A stretch of 64,000 nt of DNA, from the NCBI RefSeq assembly GCF_009914755.1, contig NC_060946.1; one strand, 5' to 3'. The translations under genes and the position numbers were made by a program. This document shows, piece by piece, positions 40,389 through 56,295 of the stretch. This stretch comes from the human T2T-CHM13v2.0 reference genome, Homo sapiens. The notes under the pieces are model-generated. The model had not been told where the DNA came from and made no database searches. It was given only the letters and a program-made list of their open reading frames with translations. How positions within the stretch are numbered: position 1 is the first letter of the stretch; each line of letters opens with the position of its first letter.

Positions 40389-41319
40389 ATATACACATAC
40401 AGAGTTTAAAGTCTGTGCTCTCCTCTCCTCAGCTGCCTTGTGACTGTGTAAGTGTATGTTTGGGAAGGGAGGGATAGGATGAGGACAGGCCAGCAGAGAG
40501 TCACCAGCACTGGCTAAAGGTCTCAGACCAAATTTTATACTCTTGACCAGGAGAAACTTCTCTGTTATTCTAATCACATTAAACTCAAGCATTTTCTTTT
40601 TTTCTTTCTTTTTTTTGAGAAATCACATCGAACTTCCAAAATTATAAAGTTGAAAATATGTAATAATTGACAATTGGAAACAAGAAAGAGGATTAGCTAT
40701 AAAAATAACTCAGGACAATGTATTTATCATGAAAAGATGGTCTTGGTGGAAGAAAGTTTCATGCCCAGCCAGCCCATTCTTCAATATCTGCTAAAAAAAA
40801 AAAGAGCAAAGGGAACTTAAAGACATCATAGACTTGGAAATTTCGTCTCACAGTGCATTAAATTCCCAAATCACATGTGGAAGAGAAGAAGCTGCTGCAT
40901 ATTAGACTAACTAGTTTTACTGAATGTTGTCTGTTGATTTAAAAATTAATACTCTTATCAAGAGCAAATTGAAATACTGAAAGTTATTTACTAAACAGCA
41001 AAGAATATTTTCAGTATATAAAAAGATTTAAAAAAACGTTGACACCTTAACTAAATCTGACACAAATTTAAAAGGAAAAGTAACTAGAAAATGAAAGAAG
41101 CGTCGTACAAGTATGCGATGCACCCTCTGTTGCACCAACTGCTCCTGTTTGTTGAGTCCCCTCTTCTATTCTGCCTCCTCCATCTCCTTGCTGATTCCCC
41201 TTTTTGTCTATTTTAATTTCTCTCTCTATTCCTTTCTCAGGTCACCATGTCACATTCCTTTTGTGTCTTTTGATGTCCAATCTCACCGACACCACCTTCA
41301 TTCTCTATTTTATCTTTAC

Positions 41320-42294
41320 AAATGGTTAATTAGGCATAAAGAGGGAAAACACTCCTGGGAAGATACCTGAATCCTGGTGCACACTATCATTATCACTGTT
41401 TTTCATGTTGATGCTCATGTGTCTCTGCTTTCTCGACAGACTATTTAATCAGCAGACAGATCAACAGGCCAAAATTTCCACCATAGTTGCAAATTTGAAT
41501 GCGGATGAATGGATTAAAACACATTCAAGTCTTGCAATGAACGGCATAATGTATGGTGGTATAATTCAGAGTGGTTACAGGGGAGAGTTAAAGATCATTT
41601 TATACAATGTCACTCGAGAATCTTTTGCTGTAAAACTGCAGATGTGGGTTCCTCAATTTTTAGTGGTACCTTGTCAACAATTAACCCCTGAGGATGTCTC
41701 TGCCCCAACAGAGGCTACATACAGAACTGGGAGATTCAGACGCACTGGTACACGTAGCTTAAATCCTGGAGCCAAAATATGAGTACAGCGTCCATCACAT
41801 CCTACTCCTATGGCTGGTGAACTTGTAGCTATGGGAGAAGAAACTGAAGGCATAGTACAGTTTCCTAAAGATGAAAAACAATATTATGTTCCCCTCTGTT
41901 TTGGTTATTACAGAGAATAACCTGTTTACTAATGGTCAGTACCTGTGTCTCTGTGTCTGATGCCAAGAATAAATTCATCATCTGCATAGCCACCACTGCA
42001 ACAGAAGCCAACTGCAGTCAATGTTGGCTATGCGTGGAATTGCCAGAGGCCACCAAAAATGGGCTACGTTGGAGAATCGTCCCTGTACCTTACTGCATAC
42101 CGAATGTTGTGTGTATATCCCTGACAATTGTCACACTACGACTCTCCTTGCACAGCCATGGTGGGTGTGGTTTTCATTAACTGTGCTTTTAATTCTCCTG
42201 TGCTTACCCTGAGTCTGTAATCTGTATCAACTATGCTTTCCCCAAGTATCTGTAAGGGTATTTTCCTACAATTGAGTATCAAATTGAAGCCAAA
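41320..42294 (+). mobile_element. HERVL18/HERV-S-type (class III) internal remnant, multiply deleted
   Basis: RNase H-like FHVDAH at ~41400, dUTPase-like segment, env CWLC, C-x6-CC and TM motifs, directly upstream of the LTR18. Confidence 0.75.
41405..41782 (+). pseudogene. Retroviral dUTPase-like remnant
   Basis: SSLA...GGIIQSGYRGELKIILYN...PQFL...RTGRFRRTG resembles dUTPase motifs II-V; motif I is absent and the catalytic Asp positions are mutated. Confidence 0.75.
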
Positions 42295-43083
42295 TTTGGA
42301 AGAAAAGTTAAATATTCAATTTTATCTCAATTGAACATGGACACAAACAATGGTCACCAAGTCCCGGAACAGGTTCTGTGAGTTTCTTCAGGCGTTCATC
42401 CACCAGTGTCTCAGAGAAATTTCTATTTTAATCTGTTCCTGTATGTTAGTTATTGAAAAACAACAGACAATCGCCAAAAATTTGACATTTTTGTGGTTTT
42501 TGAGCCCAGTAGTGAAGAGTCCTCGTTACCCGGCCTTATGCCAAAGAACTCCTTACAAAAAGAGCTAGGGTCCCAGATGGCACTAGAGCTTCCTGAGACC
42601 TCTCCTCATCTCTGCAGGGATGAGGGGCCAACTCTGTAGCCCAGGCTGTTGCTTCCCGGTCTGTTGATGAATCCTCCATAGTCTGGTGAGTGTAGTGTCT
42701 GACTCTGGAGCCCAGGCTATTGCTTCTCTGTCTGGTGATGCTTCCTCCATACTCTGTAGTCTGCTGTGTGTAAACATATGTATATATATATATACATATA
42801 TATGTATATAATTTATACATATAACTGTAAATAAAAATAATTGTATAATGTACATAATTATTTAAATAAATAAATGTAAATAAATACATATATAATTTTA
42901 TATATATTATATATATTTATATATATAAAAATATATATATTTTTTCCCTTCTCATATCAATTTGCTTATCATATCATTTACTTATTATATCTGTATTGCC
43001 ATATAATTGAGACAAAAGATGTTTACCCTTAAAAGTATTGTGTGTGCCTTTTCTTCTTCCTCATGCATCTCCCATGCAGAACA
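42295..43083 (+). mobile_element. LTR18B-like 3' LTR with expanded (TA)n at ~42775-42940
   Basis: tggaagaaaagttaaatatt...ggacacaaacaatggtcaccaagtcccggaacagg; two copies of gcccaggct-ttgcttc; ends cccatgcagaaca. Confidence 0.8.
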
Positions 43084-43226
43084 CATGCCTGACAAATTTT
43101 TATATTTTTAGTGGAGACTGGGTTTAGCCATGTTGGCCAGGCTGATCTCAAACTCCTGACCTCAGGTGATCCTTCCATCTCGGCATCCCAAAGTGCTGAG
43201 ATTATAGGCATGAAACACCCAGCCAG
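43084..43226 (-). mobile_element. AluS left monomer, cut at the LTR18 edge
   Basis: catgcctgacaaattttt...ttggccaggctg...cctgacctcaggtgatcc. Confidence 0.9.
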
Positions 43227-43227
43227 G

Positions 43228-44180
43228 AGGAGGCATTTCTACAAAGAAAACATACAAATGGCAAACAGGCATATAAATGTTGCTAAACATCATTAAACCT
43301 CAGAGAAATGCAAATCAGAACTACAATAAGATATTATCTCACTCCAGTTAAAATGTCTTATATCCCAAAGACAGACAATAACAAGTGCTGACGAGGATGT
43401 GGAGAAAACTTTAGTGCACTCTTGGTGGGAATGTAAATTAGTATAACCACTATAAAAAAGTGTGGAGGTTCCTCAAAAAGCTAAAAATTGAGCTGCCACA
43501 GCTACAATGCAACCCAACAATCCCAGTGATGGGCATTGACACAAAAGAAAGAAAATCGGCTTGTTGCTGCACTGTTTACAATAGTTAAGATTTGAAAGCA
43601 AACTGTCTACAAATGAATGAATGTATAAAAAAAGTAGTACATATATACATTGGAGTAGTATTCAGCCATAAAAATGAGATTTTGTCTTTTACGACAACAT
43701 GGATAAAAGAGAAGAGTATGTTAAGTGAAATAAGCCAGGCACAGAAAGATAAACACTGTGCGTTCTCACTTATTCGTGGGATGGAAGAATTAATACAACT
43801 GAATTCACGGACATAGAGAGCAGAAGGATGGTTTTCAGAGGCTAAGAAAGACAGTGGAGGCTGGGGGAAAGGTGGGGACTGTTAATGTGTACAAAAAAAT
43901 AGAATAAATAAGACATATTATTTGATAGCACAACGAGATGACTCTGGTCAATAATAATGTAATTGTGCATTTTAAACTAGCTAAGAAGGAATAATCAGAT
44001 TTTAACCCAAAGAATAAATGCTTGAGTGGGTGGATATCCCATTCTCTATGATGTGATTATTATGCATTGCGAGACCGCATCAAAACATCTCATGAACCCC
44101 ATAAGTATATACACCTACAATGCATCCTCAAAAATTACAAATTAACTGAAGTAAATAAAATAAAACTATTTAAAAATAAA
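43228..44180 (+). mobile_element. L1MA 3' end
   Basis: aagaaaacatacaaatggcaaacagg...taagtgaaataagccaggcacagaaag...tatacacctacaatg. Confidence 0.85.
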
Positions 44181-44349
44181 ATATCATAACATTAACTAGC
44201 CCCAGAAATATAAGATTTTAATGAAATAAAAATGCCTCTATAATAATCAAACAGTGAGAAGAAAGTCACACTTTACTCCTATTTTTGTTTCTGATCTATC
44301 TTCTATCTAGTTTCAAGTTGTAGAATTTTCTTTTTTCATTTCTAATTAA

Positions 44350-47225
<2,876 letters not shown>

Positions 47226-47629
47226 TTAATAAACAGATAACATCAAACATTCAACTAATCCAATAAAAAGAAATTTTATTCATTTGAGAATGTGTTTTCC
47301 AGAGCATACTTATATATTACGTTTTAACTTCATAATTTATATTTTATAAAAACATAACTAATTCAAGTTAATCTTCTCTAATTTTTAATTCAATTGAATT
47401 TTTATCAGGATCACTATATTTAAACAAAAATTACCTGAATTTTTCACATCATAATTTATAGATTCTGCTTCTACAAATTGTCTGTAGGGACCATTATTTC
47501 TACACGGTCTACTTTCCTGGGTTAAGTGGTGGATACCCAAATGTTTTTGGGAATAATGTTTTCTTATATCAGTTTTTAGTCAGTGATACGTTGCACCATG
47601 TTTAATTTTAAGCATTATCAGTTTTCTTT

Positions 47630-49667
47630 TTTTTTTTTAATTGATCATTCTTGGGTGTTTCTCGCAGAGGGGGATTTGGCAGGGTCACAGGACAATAGTG
47701 GAGGGAAGGTCAGCAGATAAACAAGTGAACAAAGGTCTCTGGTTTTCCTAGGCAGAGGACCCTGTGGCCTTCCGCAGTGTTTGTGTCCCTGGGTACTTGA
47801 GATTAGGGAGTGGTGATGACTCTTAAGGAGCATGCTGCCTTCAAGCATCTGTTTAACAAAGCACATCTTGCACCGCCCTTAATCCATTCAACCCTGAGTG
47901 GATACAGCCCATGTTTCAGAGAGCACAGGGTTGGGGGTAAGGTCACAGATCAACAGGATCCCAAGGCAGAAGAATTTTTCTTAGTACAGAACAAAATGAA
48001 AAGTCTCCCATGTCTACCTCTTTCTACACAGACACGGCAACCATCCGATTTCTCAATCTTTTCCCCACCTTTCCCCCCTTTCTATTCCACAAAACCGCCA
48101 TTGTCATCATGGCCCATTCTCAATGAGCTGTTGGGTACACCTCCCAGACGGGGTGGTGGCAGGGCAGAGGGGCTCCTCACTTCTCAGTAGGGGCGGCTGG
48201 GCAGAGGCGCCCTTCACCTCCCGGACGGGGCGGCTGGCCAGGCGGGGGGCTGACCCCCCCACCTCCCTCCTGGACAGGGCGGCTGGCCGGGCGAGGGGCT
48301 GACCCCCTCACCTCCCTCCCGGACGGGGCGGCTGGCCGGGCGGGGGGCTGACCCCCCACCTCCCTCCCGGACGGGGCAGCTGACCGGGCGGGGGGCTGAC
48401 CCCCCAACTTCCCTCCCGGATGGGGTGGCTGGCCGGGCAGAGGGGCTCCTCAGTTCCCAGTAGGGGCGGCCGGGCAGAGTCGCCACTCACCTCCCGGACG
48501 GGGCGGCTGGCAGGGCGGGGGGCTGACCCGCCCACCTCCCTCCCCCCCAGAAGGGGTGGCTGGTCGGGCGGGGGGCTGATCCCCCACCTCCCTCCCAGAC
48601 GGGGCGGCTGGCCGGGCAGAGGGGCTCCTCACTTCCCATCAGGGGCTGCCGGGCAGAGGCGCCCCTCACTTCCCGGATGGGGCGGCTGGCCAGGCGGGGG
48701 GCTAACCCACCCACCTCCCTCCCGGAGGAGGCGGCTGGCCGGGCGGGCGGCTGACCCCCCACCTCCCTCCCGCATGGGGTGGCTGGCCAGGCAGGGGGCT
48801 GACCCCCCCACCTCACTCCCGAACGAGGTGGCTGCCAGGCGGAGATGCTCCTCACTTCCGAGACGGGGTGACTGCCGGGCGGAGGGGCTCCTCACTTCTC
48901 AGACGGGGTGGTTGCCAGGCAGAGGGTCTCCTCACTTCTCAGACGGGGCGGCCGGGCAGAGACATTCCTCACATCCCGGACGGGGCGGCAGGGCAGAGGT
49001 GCTCCCCACATCTCAGATGATGGGCGGCCGGGCAGAGACGCTCCTCACTTCCCAGATGTGATGGCGGCCGGGAAGAGGCGCTCCTCACTTCCTAGATGGG
49101 ATGGCGGCCGGGCAGAGACGCTCCTCACTTTCCAGACTGGGCAGCCAGGCAGAGGGGCTCCTCACATCCCAGACGATGGGCGGCCAGGTGGAGACGCTCC
49201 TCACTTCCCAGACGGGGTGGCAGGCGGGCAGAGGCTGCAATCTCGGCACTTTGGGAGGCCAAGGCAGGCTGCTGGGAGGTGGAGGTTGTAGCGAGCCGAG
49301 ATCACGCCACTGCACTCCAGCCTGGGCACCATTGAGCACTGAGTGAACGAGTCTCCGTCTGCAATCCCGGCACCTCGGGAGGCCGAGGCTGGCGGATCAC
49401 TCGCGGTTAGGAGCTCAGCCCGGCCAACACAGCGAAACCCCGTCTCCACCAAAAAAATACGAAAACCAGTCAGGCGTGGCGGCGCGCGCCTGCAATCGCA
49501 GGCACTCGGCAGGCTGAGGCAGGAGAATCAGGCAGGGAGGTTGCAGTGAGCCGAGATGGCAGCAGTACCATCCAGCTTCGGCTCGGCATCAGAGGGAGAC
49601 CGTGGAAAGAGAGGGAGAGAGAGACCGTGGGGAGACGGAGAGGGAGAGGGAGAGGGAGAGGGAGAGC
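47630..49667 (-). mobile_element. SVA retrotransposon, full-length (SVA_C/D-like)
   Basis: Poly-T, SINE-R (~47640-48130), GC-rich VNTR (~48140-49230), Alu-like region, (CCCTCT)n head; 14-bp TSD tatcagttttcttt at 47616-47629 and 49668-49681. Confidence 0.97.
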
Positions 49668-50009
49668 TATCAGTTTTCTTTCTTGTGCATTATTTTCACA
49701 GTAATATAAATTATGGACATCAAAATATCCTCAGGGTTAAAAATGTTGGAGTCCAAGCATTCTATATTCTTGATTTGTATGGTTTCAATTATGACTCAGC
49801 ATTTTAGGAAAACATTGGCTCTATAATCTGTCACCCTCACCCCATTTAAATAAAAACATACTTTTTTGGACACAAGGATCAGGCATACACATCTACACAG
49901 TGGATCACATCATTTTTGGGGGCAAACTGAAAACTGTTTTTATACTCAAACATACTGTTGGGAAACTGTGAAATAAAAATTTCTGATGTTTGTTAAAAAT
50001 TGGGAAGAA

Positions 50010-50400
50010 AGACATTAATACTATTGTAGTAGATTTTATGGCCATCGTAATAGGGTTCAGTTCAGAAATTGATCATAACTCTGAACACAGACAACGAAGA
50101 ATTTATAGTCAATAAGCAGAATAAATCAGTGGATAAGAATTATTGAAAAACATTTGATAAAATACCAAAGGAGGAAGAGGAACTTTTTATAGCAGAAGCC
50201 TGGTTACAGGTTGGCTAAGGACTTAAATATCAAAGAAAGGGAATCACGATATTAGTAGACATAAGGGATATGTGGATTTTTACTAAACAGTATTAGCAGG
50301 ATTTATGAAAGTGAGCCTCTCAAACCAGGAGCAGGGCAAGAAGTCAAGGTTGGCTTAGTCAAAAAGAGGGTTCAGTTAAGCTTGACTAACATTTGGTCAT
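50010..50400 (-). mobile_element. ERV1 LTR fragment (MER31-like)
   Basis: aactctgaacac...atttatagtcaataagcag...cagtggata...aagtcaagg...aaaagaggg. Confidence 0.45.
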
Positions 50401-50611
50401 AAAGGGAGTGCTTACAAGAACCCAGATTTTTTTCCCATCTGATCTGTAAATAAATAATCACCAAAAAAGGCTTTGTTTGAAAAATGAGTGCCCACTTCAC
50501 CTGAGAAAACCTCCATCTTCTTCTGTTTACCTTTGAATTTAGTGTAGAAAAAGAGCACTTGTCATTGCCACAGTTTTAATTTTGCTTTCACTCTTAAAAA
50601 CAGAGAGTCAG

Positions 50612-50836
50612 GGCTGGGTGTGGTGGTTCATGCCTGTAATCCCAGCATTTTGGGCATGGTGATGCAAGCACACCTGTAATCCCAGCTACTTGAAAGGCTG
50701 AGGCAGGAGAATCACTTGAACCCAAGGGTCAGAGGTTGCAGTGAGCCAAAATCACACCACTGCACTCCAGCCTGGTGACAGAGTGAGACTCCATCAAACA
50801 AAACAAAACAAAACAAAACAAAACAAAACACAAAAT
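50612..50836 (+). mobile_element. AluS with internal deletion and (CAAAA)n tail
   Basis: Left monomer jumps cccagcattt-tgggcatggtg into the right monomer. Confidence 0.9.
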
Positions 50837-53800
50837 TAGAAATTTAGTTTTATTCAAACAGCAACTTACAAACACAAAGGTTATAGTTTCTGACCCCTAT
50901 TCAAGACAATTGGTTGTAACCATAAGTATTGATGGGACTTCAGGGAGATTCCTCAGATGGAGCTGATGCAGCTGTGCAAGCCACTTTGACCTTGCATCTT
51001 TCCTACTTCTTAGCCTTTGAAATGGACATGGTTGCTGGTGCAGGCTTATGCTCCTACAGCCAGCCATATGGGACCATGAGACAGCCTACAGGATAAAAAC
51101 CATCTACTGAAATATTGTAGCAAAGTGTGCCAAGAGGGCTGACTAGAAGTAGCTATGGTGTGTGGCTTTCATGAAAAGAAACAAAGAGGGAAAATAAATA
51201 CAGCACCATCAACTGAAACACCCAGATATTTGCAGTGGGACTAATGAAGGAAACAGCTCAACCCATGGGAAAAAGAAGGGCATGGCAAACGCCCACCCGG
51301 GAGTAACACAGACCAAAGGGAACCTACCCTGCCCAAGGAAGTGGTGAGCAAATACGTGACCCTGAGAAACCACACTTCTCCCATGGATCTTTGCAACTCT
51401 CGGGTCAGGAGATTTTCTCGTAAACTTATTCCACCAGGGCCTTTGGTCTGATACACAGAGCTGCGTGTTCCCGGCAGAACAACTGCTCAGACACAAACAG
51501 AATCGCAGGAGCTTTACATACTTTGGCTCTGAGATCTCTGGCAAAGGTGACTGCAACTCAGACAAGGTGGGAGGTTGGATCTCCGTAAATGCCCCTAGAA
51601 AGGAAGCTGAATCCATGGGCCTGAGCAGCATCAGTGGGCCCCACTTCCATGACGCCTCACAGGATAAGACCTACTGGCTTGGAATTCCATCCAGCCCCCA
51701 GCAACAGCATTGCAATTACCTGGGATGGAACAACGTTCCTGGAGGCAGGGGCTGGCTGCTATATTTGCTGTTTGGATGACTCAGCCATTCCAGCCTGGAG
51801 GTTTAGGAGAGTTAAAAAAAAAAAAACTCATGGCAGATGGAAGAAATCCCTTAGCACGGCACATTGGCCCTCCCAAAGTTTGGCCGGACTACTTCTTGAA
51901 GTGGGACCCAGATACCTTTTTCATCTCAGAGTGGGGCCTCCTACCAGAGCCTCCAGACAGCCCCTTCCATATTCTCCGGCAGGCAGAGTTTTGATTTATT
52001 CCTGGATGCAGTGCACATTGGGAGCAGTGGGTCTTCATATTTGTTGTTTGGAGAACTCAGCCATAACAATCAGTGGGCTTAGGAGAGTCCAAACCATCCC
52101 AGGGAAGAAGGAATCCCCCAGCATAGCACAGTGGATCTGCCATAATGTGATCAGATTGCTTCTTTAAGTGGGACCTAATATGCTCTGCATCTCTGGGTGG
52201 AACTTCCCAACCAGGGCTCCAGCAACTCCCACTGATGTTGTCTGGCTGGCAGAGGTTTAAAAACTTCCTGGACCAGAGTTCCTAGAGAGAGGGGTTGGCC
52301 ACCATCTTTGCTGTTTCAGCCTCCAGGCTTTGGAGAGCCCAATCTGATGAAGGGCAGAAATGGTACCCCGCACAGCATGGCTGATCTATGAAAGTGGGGC
52401 TAGATGGCTTAAGTGGGTCCCCAATCCTATTCCTCCTAGCTGGGTGAGACCTACCAACTGGGGTTTCCAGTCACCTCCTACAGGTGTGTTCGAGCCCTCA
52501 ACATGTCTGCACCCGCCCTGGGATGGAGCTCCCAGGGAAGGGAGTGGGCTGCTATCTTTCTTGTTTCACAGCCTTCACTGGTGATACCCCCAGATACTGG
52601 AAAATCCGAGGTGACAAGAGAGTGGAGCAGATGCCCAACAAACTACAGCAGCCCCACACAAAATGGCCAAACAGTTAAAAGGAAGAGAAACAAACAAAAA
52701 TCTCATTCAAAGGCCAGCAACCTCAAATATTAAAGATAGATAGGCACACAAAGGTGAGAATCACAACAAGAATACTAAAAACTCAAAAATCAGGGTGCTC
52801 TCCCTCTCCCAAACGACCACACTACTTCTCCAGCAAGAGTTCAGAATAAGGGTGAGGCTGTGATCCCTGAAATAACAGAAGTAGACCCCAGAATGTGGAT
52901 AAAAATGAACTTCACTGATCTAAAGGAGCATGCTCTAACTCAATACAAGAAAGCTAAAAATTACAATATAATATTGCAGGAGCTGACAAACAAATTAGCC
53001 AGGATAGAGAGGAGCCTAACCAACCCGATAGCACTGTAAAACACAATACAAAAATTTCATAATGCAATCACAAGTATTAATGAGGAAAGAAACTCAGAGC
53101 TTGAAGTTTGTATTTCTGAAAGAAGACATGCAGAGAAGAATAGAAAAAAAGAATGAAAGGAATAAACAAAACCTTTGAGAAATATGGGATTATGTAAAGA
53201 GACCAAATCTACAACTGATTGGTGTACTTGAAAGAGCTGGGGAGAATGGAACCAATCAGGAAAACATATTTCAGGATATCATCAATGAGAACTTCCCCAA
53301 CCTTGCTACACTGGCCAACAATTCAGAAAATGGAGAGAAGTTCAGTAAGATACTCCAAGAAAAAATCATACCCAAGACACATAAACGTCAGATTCCCCAA
53401 ACTTGAAATGGAAGAAAAAAAAAGAAAAAAAAGCTCAGCCGCAGAGAAAAGCCAAGTCACCTACAAAAAGAAGTTGATCAGACTAAGAGCAGAGCTGTCA
53501 GTGAGAACCCTACAAGCCAAAAGAGATTGGGGGCCAATATTTAACGTTCTTAAAGAAAATAAACTTTAAGCCAGAATTTTATATCTGGCCAAACTAAGCT
53601 TAATCTGGGGAGAAATAACATCCCTTTCAGACAAGCAAATTCCGAGTTAATTCATGAACACCAGACATGCTTTTCAAGAGCTCCTGAAGGAAGCACCAAT
53701 TTGGAAAGGGAAAATTATTCCCAGCCACCACAAAAACACACTCAAGTACACAGACCATTGACACTATAAATCAACCACATAAACAAGTCTGAAAAATAAA

Positions 53801-55412
53801 AATAACCAGCTAGCATCAAGATAACAAGATAAAATCTACGCATAACAATACTTACCTTAAATGTAAATGGGATAAATGCCCCAGTTGAAACACACAGGGT
53901 GGCAATTGTATAAAAACCAAGACCCATTGGTATGCTCTTCAAGACACCCATCTCACATGCGGGGACACACATAGGCTAAAAATAAAGGGATGGAGGAAAT
54001 TTCACCAAGCAAGTGGAAAACCTAAAAAAGCAAGGGTTGCAGTCTTACTTTCCAACAAAACAGACTTTAAAGCAACACAGATTAAAAACAACAACAACAA
54101 CAACAACAAAGAGGGTCATTACATAACGGCAAATAATTCAATTCAACAAGAATTAACTATTCTAAATATATATGCACCCAACACAAGAGTACCCAGATTC
54201 ATATAACAAGTTTCTAGATATCTTGAAAGAGACTTAGAACACCACACAATAATAGTGACCGACTTTAACATCCCACTGACAGTATTAGAAAGATTATTGA
54301 GACAGAAAATTAACAAAGATGTTCAGGACCTGAACTTAGCTCTGGATCAAATGGACATGATATATATTTACAGAACTCTCCACATGAAAACAGCAGAATA
54401 TACATTCTTCTCATCACTACATGACACTTTCTCTGAAATTGGTCACTTAGCCAGAAGTAAAACACTCTTCAGCAAATGCAAAAGAACTGAAATCATAATA
54501 AACAGTGGCTCAGATCACAGCACAATCAAATTAAAACTCACGATGAAATAATTTACTGAAAACCATAAAATTAAATGGAAATTGAATCACCTGCTCCTGA
54601 ATAACTTTTGGGTAAATAATGAAATTAAGGCAGATATCAAGGAGTTCTTTGAAACCAATGAGAACAAAGACAAAACATACCAGAATCTCTGGGACACAGC
54701 TAAGGCAGTATTAAGATGAAAATTTATGGCATTAAATGCCCACATTAAAATGCCAGAAATGTCTCAAGTTACAACTTCACAACAAAAATAACTACAGGAA
54801 CAAGAGCAAAGAAGTTCTAGAGCTAGCAGAAGACAAGAAATAACCAAAATCAGACCTGAACTGATGGAGATAGGGACAAGAGAAACCATTCAACAGATCA
54901 ACAAATTCAGGAGCTGTTTCTTTTTCTTTGAAAAAACCAATAATATAAATACACCAGTAGTAGACTAATAAGGAAGAAAATATCAAAAATTAAAATGAAC
55001 ACAATCAGAAATAATAAGGGTTACCACTGACCCCACAGAAATAAAAATAACCATCAGAAAATATCATAAACACCTCTATGCCTATAAGATAACAAATTCA
55101 GTAGAAATGGATAAATTTCTGGACACATACACCCTTCAAGAATAAACCAGGAAGAAATTGAATCCCTGAAAAGACAAACAACAGGCTCTGAAATTCAGGC
55201 AGTAATAAATAGCCTACAAACCACAAAAAGATCAGAAACACAAAGATTAAAAGCTGAAGGTTATGACATTTATGAAGAAGAACTGGTACAATTCCCACTA
55301 AAATTATTTCAAAAAACTGAAACAGAGGGCTTCCTTCCCGACTCTTTCTATGAGAGCACATCATCCTGGTACCAAAACCTGGCAGACACACAAGAAAAAA
55401 AACAAAACTTCA

Positions 55413-56295
55413 AAAAATTTGCAAGAAGAAAACAACCCCATCAAAAAGTGGGCGAAGGACATGAACAGACGCTTCTCAAAAGAAGACATTTATGCACCCA
55501 AAAAACACATGAAAAAATGCTCACCATCACTGGCCATCAGAGAAATGCAAATCAAAACCACAATGAGATACCATCTCACACCAGTTAGAATGGCAATCAT
55601 TAAAAAGTCAGGAAACAACAGGTGCTGGAGGAGATGTGGAGAAATAGGAACACTTTTACACTGTTGGTGGGACTGTAAACTAGTTCAACCATTGTGGAAG
55701 TCAGTGTGGCAATTCGTCAGGGATCTAGAACTAGAAATACCATTTGACCCAGCCATCCCATTTCTGGGTATATACACAAAGGACTATAAATCATGCTGCT
55801 TTAAAGACACAGGCACACGTTTGTTTATTGCGGCACTATTCACAATAGCAAAGACTTGGAACCAACCCAAATGTCCAACAATGATAGACTGGATTAAGAA
55901 AATGTGGCACATATACACCGTGGAATACTATGCAGCCATAAAAAATGATGAGTTCATGTCCTTTGTAGGGACACGGATTAAATTGGAAATCATCATTCTC
56001 AGTAAACTATCACAAGAACAAAAAAACCAAACACCGCATGTTCTCACTCATAGGTGGGAATTGAACAATGAGATCACATGGACACAGGAAGGGGAACATC
56101 ACACTCTGGGGACTGTTGTGATGAGGGGGGAGGGGAGAAGGATAGCATTGGGAGATATACCTAATGCTAAATGTCGAGTTAATGGGTGCAGCACACAAGC
56201 ATGGTGCATGCGTACATATGTAACTAACCTGCACATTGTGCACATGTACCCTAAAACTTAAAGTATAATAATAATAAAATAAAAAAAGAAAAAAA
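55413..56295 (+). mobile_element. Young 5'-truncated L1 (L1PA2/3-like) nested in the older L1
   Basis: aatgagatcacatgg and gggagatatacctaatg diagnostics; TSD aaaacttca at 55404-55412 and 56296-56304. Confidence 0.9.

Noticed and set aside
48140-49230. Regularly spaced 35-50 bp repeats suggestive of a CRISPR-like array
   Set aside because: Tandem SVA VNTR units without unique spacers, in primate DNA with no cas genes.
47645-49807. Many overlapping Pro/Gly/Arg-rich ORFs
   Set aside because: They arise from the stop-poor, GC-rich SVA VNTR and Alu-like region.
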